From positions 1-5,279 of the forward strand of contig CAZMCX010000056.1 in NCBI GenBank assembly GCA_964565125.1: a DNA stretch of 5,279 nucleotides, in the 5' to 3' direction. Shown piece by piece: positions 4,211 through 5,279 of this stretch. Source of the DNA: an uncultured archaeon. Its GTDB lineage: Archaea > Iainarchaeota > Iainarchaeia > Iainarchaeales > 0-14-0-20-30-16. Numbering within the stretch: position 1 is the first letter of the stretch; each line of letters opens with the position of its first letter. The notes beneath the pieces are model-generated. The model did no database searches. It was not told the origin of the DNA and saw only the letters and a list, made by a program, of their open reading frames with translations. A program made the translations under genes and the position numbers.

Positions 4211-5279
4211 GTGGTGTCTGTGCCTATTATATTCGATAAGTTGAGGAGGAGAACTAAAAAGTCTGTAGTTAGTGTAGACTATACTGTTTTTCTGTTTTTC
4301 TTTATTATTATTCTTGTTTCTTTAATCCTTTTTTCTTTTACAGATAAATTTATTAGTGTACTTTTTTTGTGTTTAGTCTTTTTGATATCTGTTTTGTTTC
4401 ATGATATAATACAGATCTTGGTAGTGAGACTTTTTAGTTATAAACTGAAAAGATTTATCCTTTTTCCATTTGGATCGAAGAAGGTTTTTGATAGGCCTTT
4501 TGATAAAGCAGTGCATGAACTGATTTATGCTTTTTCTGGGCCTCTAAGTAATCTGATTTTATTATTGGCTGCTTTTGTAATTGCAATAAATATTCCTGGT
4601 GCCTGGCCGCAGTCCATTCTTCTAAAAGAAACATTAACTGCTCAGACATTTGATGCTGCCTTAATACAGTTTCCTTTGTTTGTAGTATTCTGGATAAACT
4701 TTTTGTTATTTGTGTTCAATCTTTTAGTTCCTGCCTTGCCTTTAGATGGTGGTAGGATATTTCATTCTTTGCTGACAATATTCTTTGGAAGTTATTCATC
4801 AAATAAGATTCTTCCAATATTCAGTAAGGTGCTTGGTTTTATTGTAATCTTGTGTGGGTTTATATTCTGGGATATTTTGGTCCTTGTTTTGGGGGTCTTT
4901 ATCTATTTTATGAGTAATAAAGAAGCAAAAGAGAACGAGCTTTATGTTACTCTTGAGGGCCAGAAAGCAGGGGACTATGTTTCTACAAAATACTTGCTTG
5001 CTAAGGCAGAAGATTCTATATTTGATGTTTTCACAAAAATGTCTGAACAAAGGGAAGTTGATGTAATTGTTGACTTTGGAAAAGATGAATATGGAGTAAT
5101 AAGTGTTGATACTATTGCTTCAATTCCTAAATTACATTGGGCTTCAGAGAAAGTTGGGGACCATTCAAAGATAGTAGACCATGTTTTGCCTTCAGAAGGC
5201 CTGGCCTTTGTTGTTCAGTATATGATGGAAAATAATTTGAACATTTTGCCAGTTTTTAGCAGTAAGGATAAGCAGATAA
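4211..5279 (+). CDS. Site-2 protease (peptidase M50) homologue with a C-terminal CBS-domain pair, 3'-truncated by the window. The zinc-binding HExxH motif is degenerate (HDIIQ).
   Basis: This ORF is not in the supplied track. I translated the frame by hand and it is open from 4205 to the window end with no stop. It is collinear with archaeal CBS-type S2P (compare my recollection of M. jannaschii S2P). The matching elements are an N-terminal TM, the HExxH position (HDIIQ, 4400..4414), LFPFGS (PxGG-like, 4466..4477), FSGPL, FNLLVPALPLDGGRIF (NxxPxxxLDGG, with the Asp codon at 4745..4747), further TM helices, and two CBS-like repeats from about 4970. There is no in-frame ATG near the 5' end. Candidate starts are GTG at 4211, 4214 or 4220, or TTG at 4241. 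GTG 4211 lies 1 nt after the upstream stop codon. Confidence 0.8.
   Translation, partial: MVSVPIIFDKLRRRTKKSVVSVDYTVFLFFFIIILVSLILFSFTDKFISVLFLCLVFLISVLFHDIIQILVVRLFSYKLKRFILFPFGSKKVFDRPFDKAVHELIYAFSGPLSNLILLLAAFVIAINIPGAWPQSILLKETLTAQTFDAALIQFPLFVVFWINFLLFVFNLLVPALPLDGGRIFHSLLTIFFGSYSSNKILPIFSKVLGFIVILCGFIFWDILVLVLGVFIYFMSNKEAKENELYVTLEGQKAGDYVSTKYLLAKAEDSIFDVFTKMSEQREVDVIVDFGKDEYGVISVDTIASIPKLHWASEKVGDHSKIVDHVLPSEGLAFVVQYMMENNLNILPVFSSKDKQI

Noticed and set aside
4209-4244. ATG at 4209..4211 overlapping the stop of the 91-aa gene (ATGA-like overlap)
   Set aside because: It is in a different frame from the S2P ORF and reaches a TGA after 11 codons, so it is not the S2P start.
4243-4250. Strong SD-like GAGGAGGA downstream of the 91-aa gene, suggesting a later start for the S2P gene
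   Set aside because: There is no in-frame ATG, GTG or TTG within a sensible distance downstream. The next in-frame candidate codons are gta and gtt only. In the S2P frame this stretch simply encodes Arg-Arg-Arg of a positively charged N-terminus before TM1.
4284-4299. Tandem 8-mer CTGTTTTT x2 in a pyrimidine-rich tract
   Set aside because: It encodes the Phe/Leu-rich first TM helix of the S2P homologue (TVFLFFF). This reflects composition, not a regulatory repeat.
4455-5050. 64-aa (4455..4649) and 83-aa (4799..5050) - strand ORFs
   Set aside because: Both lie antisense within the long open + strand frame (4205..5279), which carries S2P and CBS motifs. The ORF track lists them only because the real gene is truncated by the window and was not reported.
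1-5279. Search for tRNA or rRNA genes, CRISPR repeats, IS or integrase genes, and defence-system signatures
   Set aside because: The intergenic spaces are all 117 nt or shorter and AT-rich, with no cloverleaf-compatible GC stems. I saw no direct repeats of 20 nt or more with regular spacing. No ORF shows transposase, integrase, nuclease-ATPase or toxin-antitoxin hallmarks.

Overview
This is an AT-rich window (roughly 30% G+C by eye) that is densely coding and looks archaeal. The evidence for archaeal origin is a ribosomal protein S8e gene, TATA-like boxes about 25 nt upstream of some starts, and oligo-T tracts after genes. The lineage cannot be fixed from this window; a low-GC, small-genome archaeon such as a DPANN-type is a guess. 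I support eight protein genes. On the + strand, 40..783 encodes a zinc-dependent phospholipase-C-like metal hydrolase. On the - strand lie a minimal beta-CASP metallo-beta-lactamase nuclease (788..1771), a membrane-anchored 161-aa protein of unknown function (1870..2355), a very basic 161-aa protein that by eye looks like a divergent ribosomal protein eL13/L13e (2418..2903), and ribosomal protein S8e (2970..3365/3374). A divergent promoter region (3375..3491) follows. After it comes a tightly packed + strand cluster: Hsp20/alpha-crystallin (3492..3923), a 91-aa membrane protein (3934..4209), and an M50 site-2-protease homologue with a C-terminal CBS pair (4211..>5279). The last ORF runs off the window and is missing from the ORF track. 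I saw no tRNA, rRNA, CRISPR array, transposase, integrase or long repeat. The most interesting observation is that the S2P homologue has its zinc-binding HExxH motif replaced by HDIIQ while keeping the NxxPxxxLDGG motif. It appears co-transcribed and translationally coupled with hsp20 and the small membrane protein. This suggests an undescribed membrane-stress module built around a degenerate or non-canonical intramembrane protease. All homology calls were made by eye from remembered family motifs and need HMM or structure searches.
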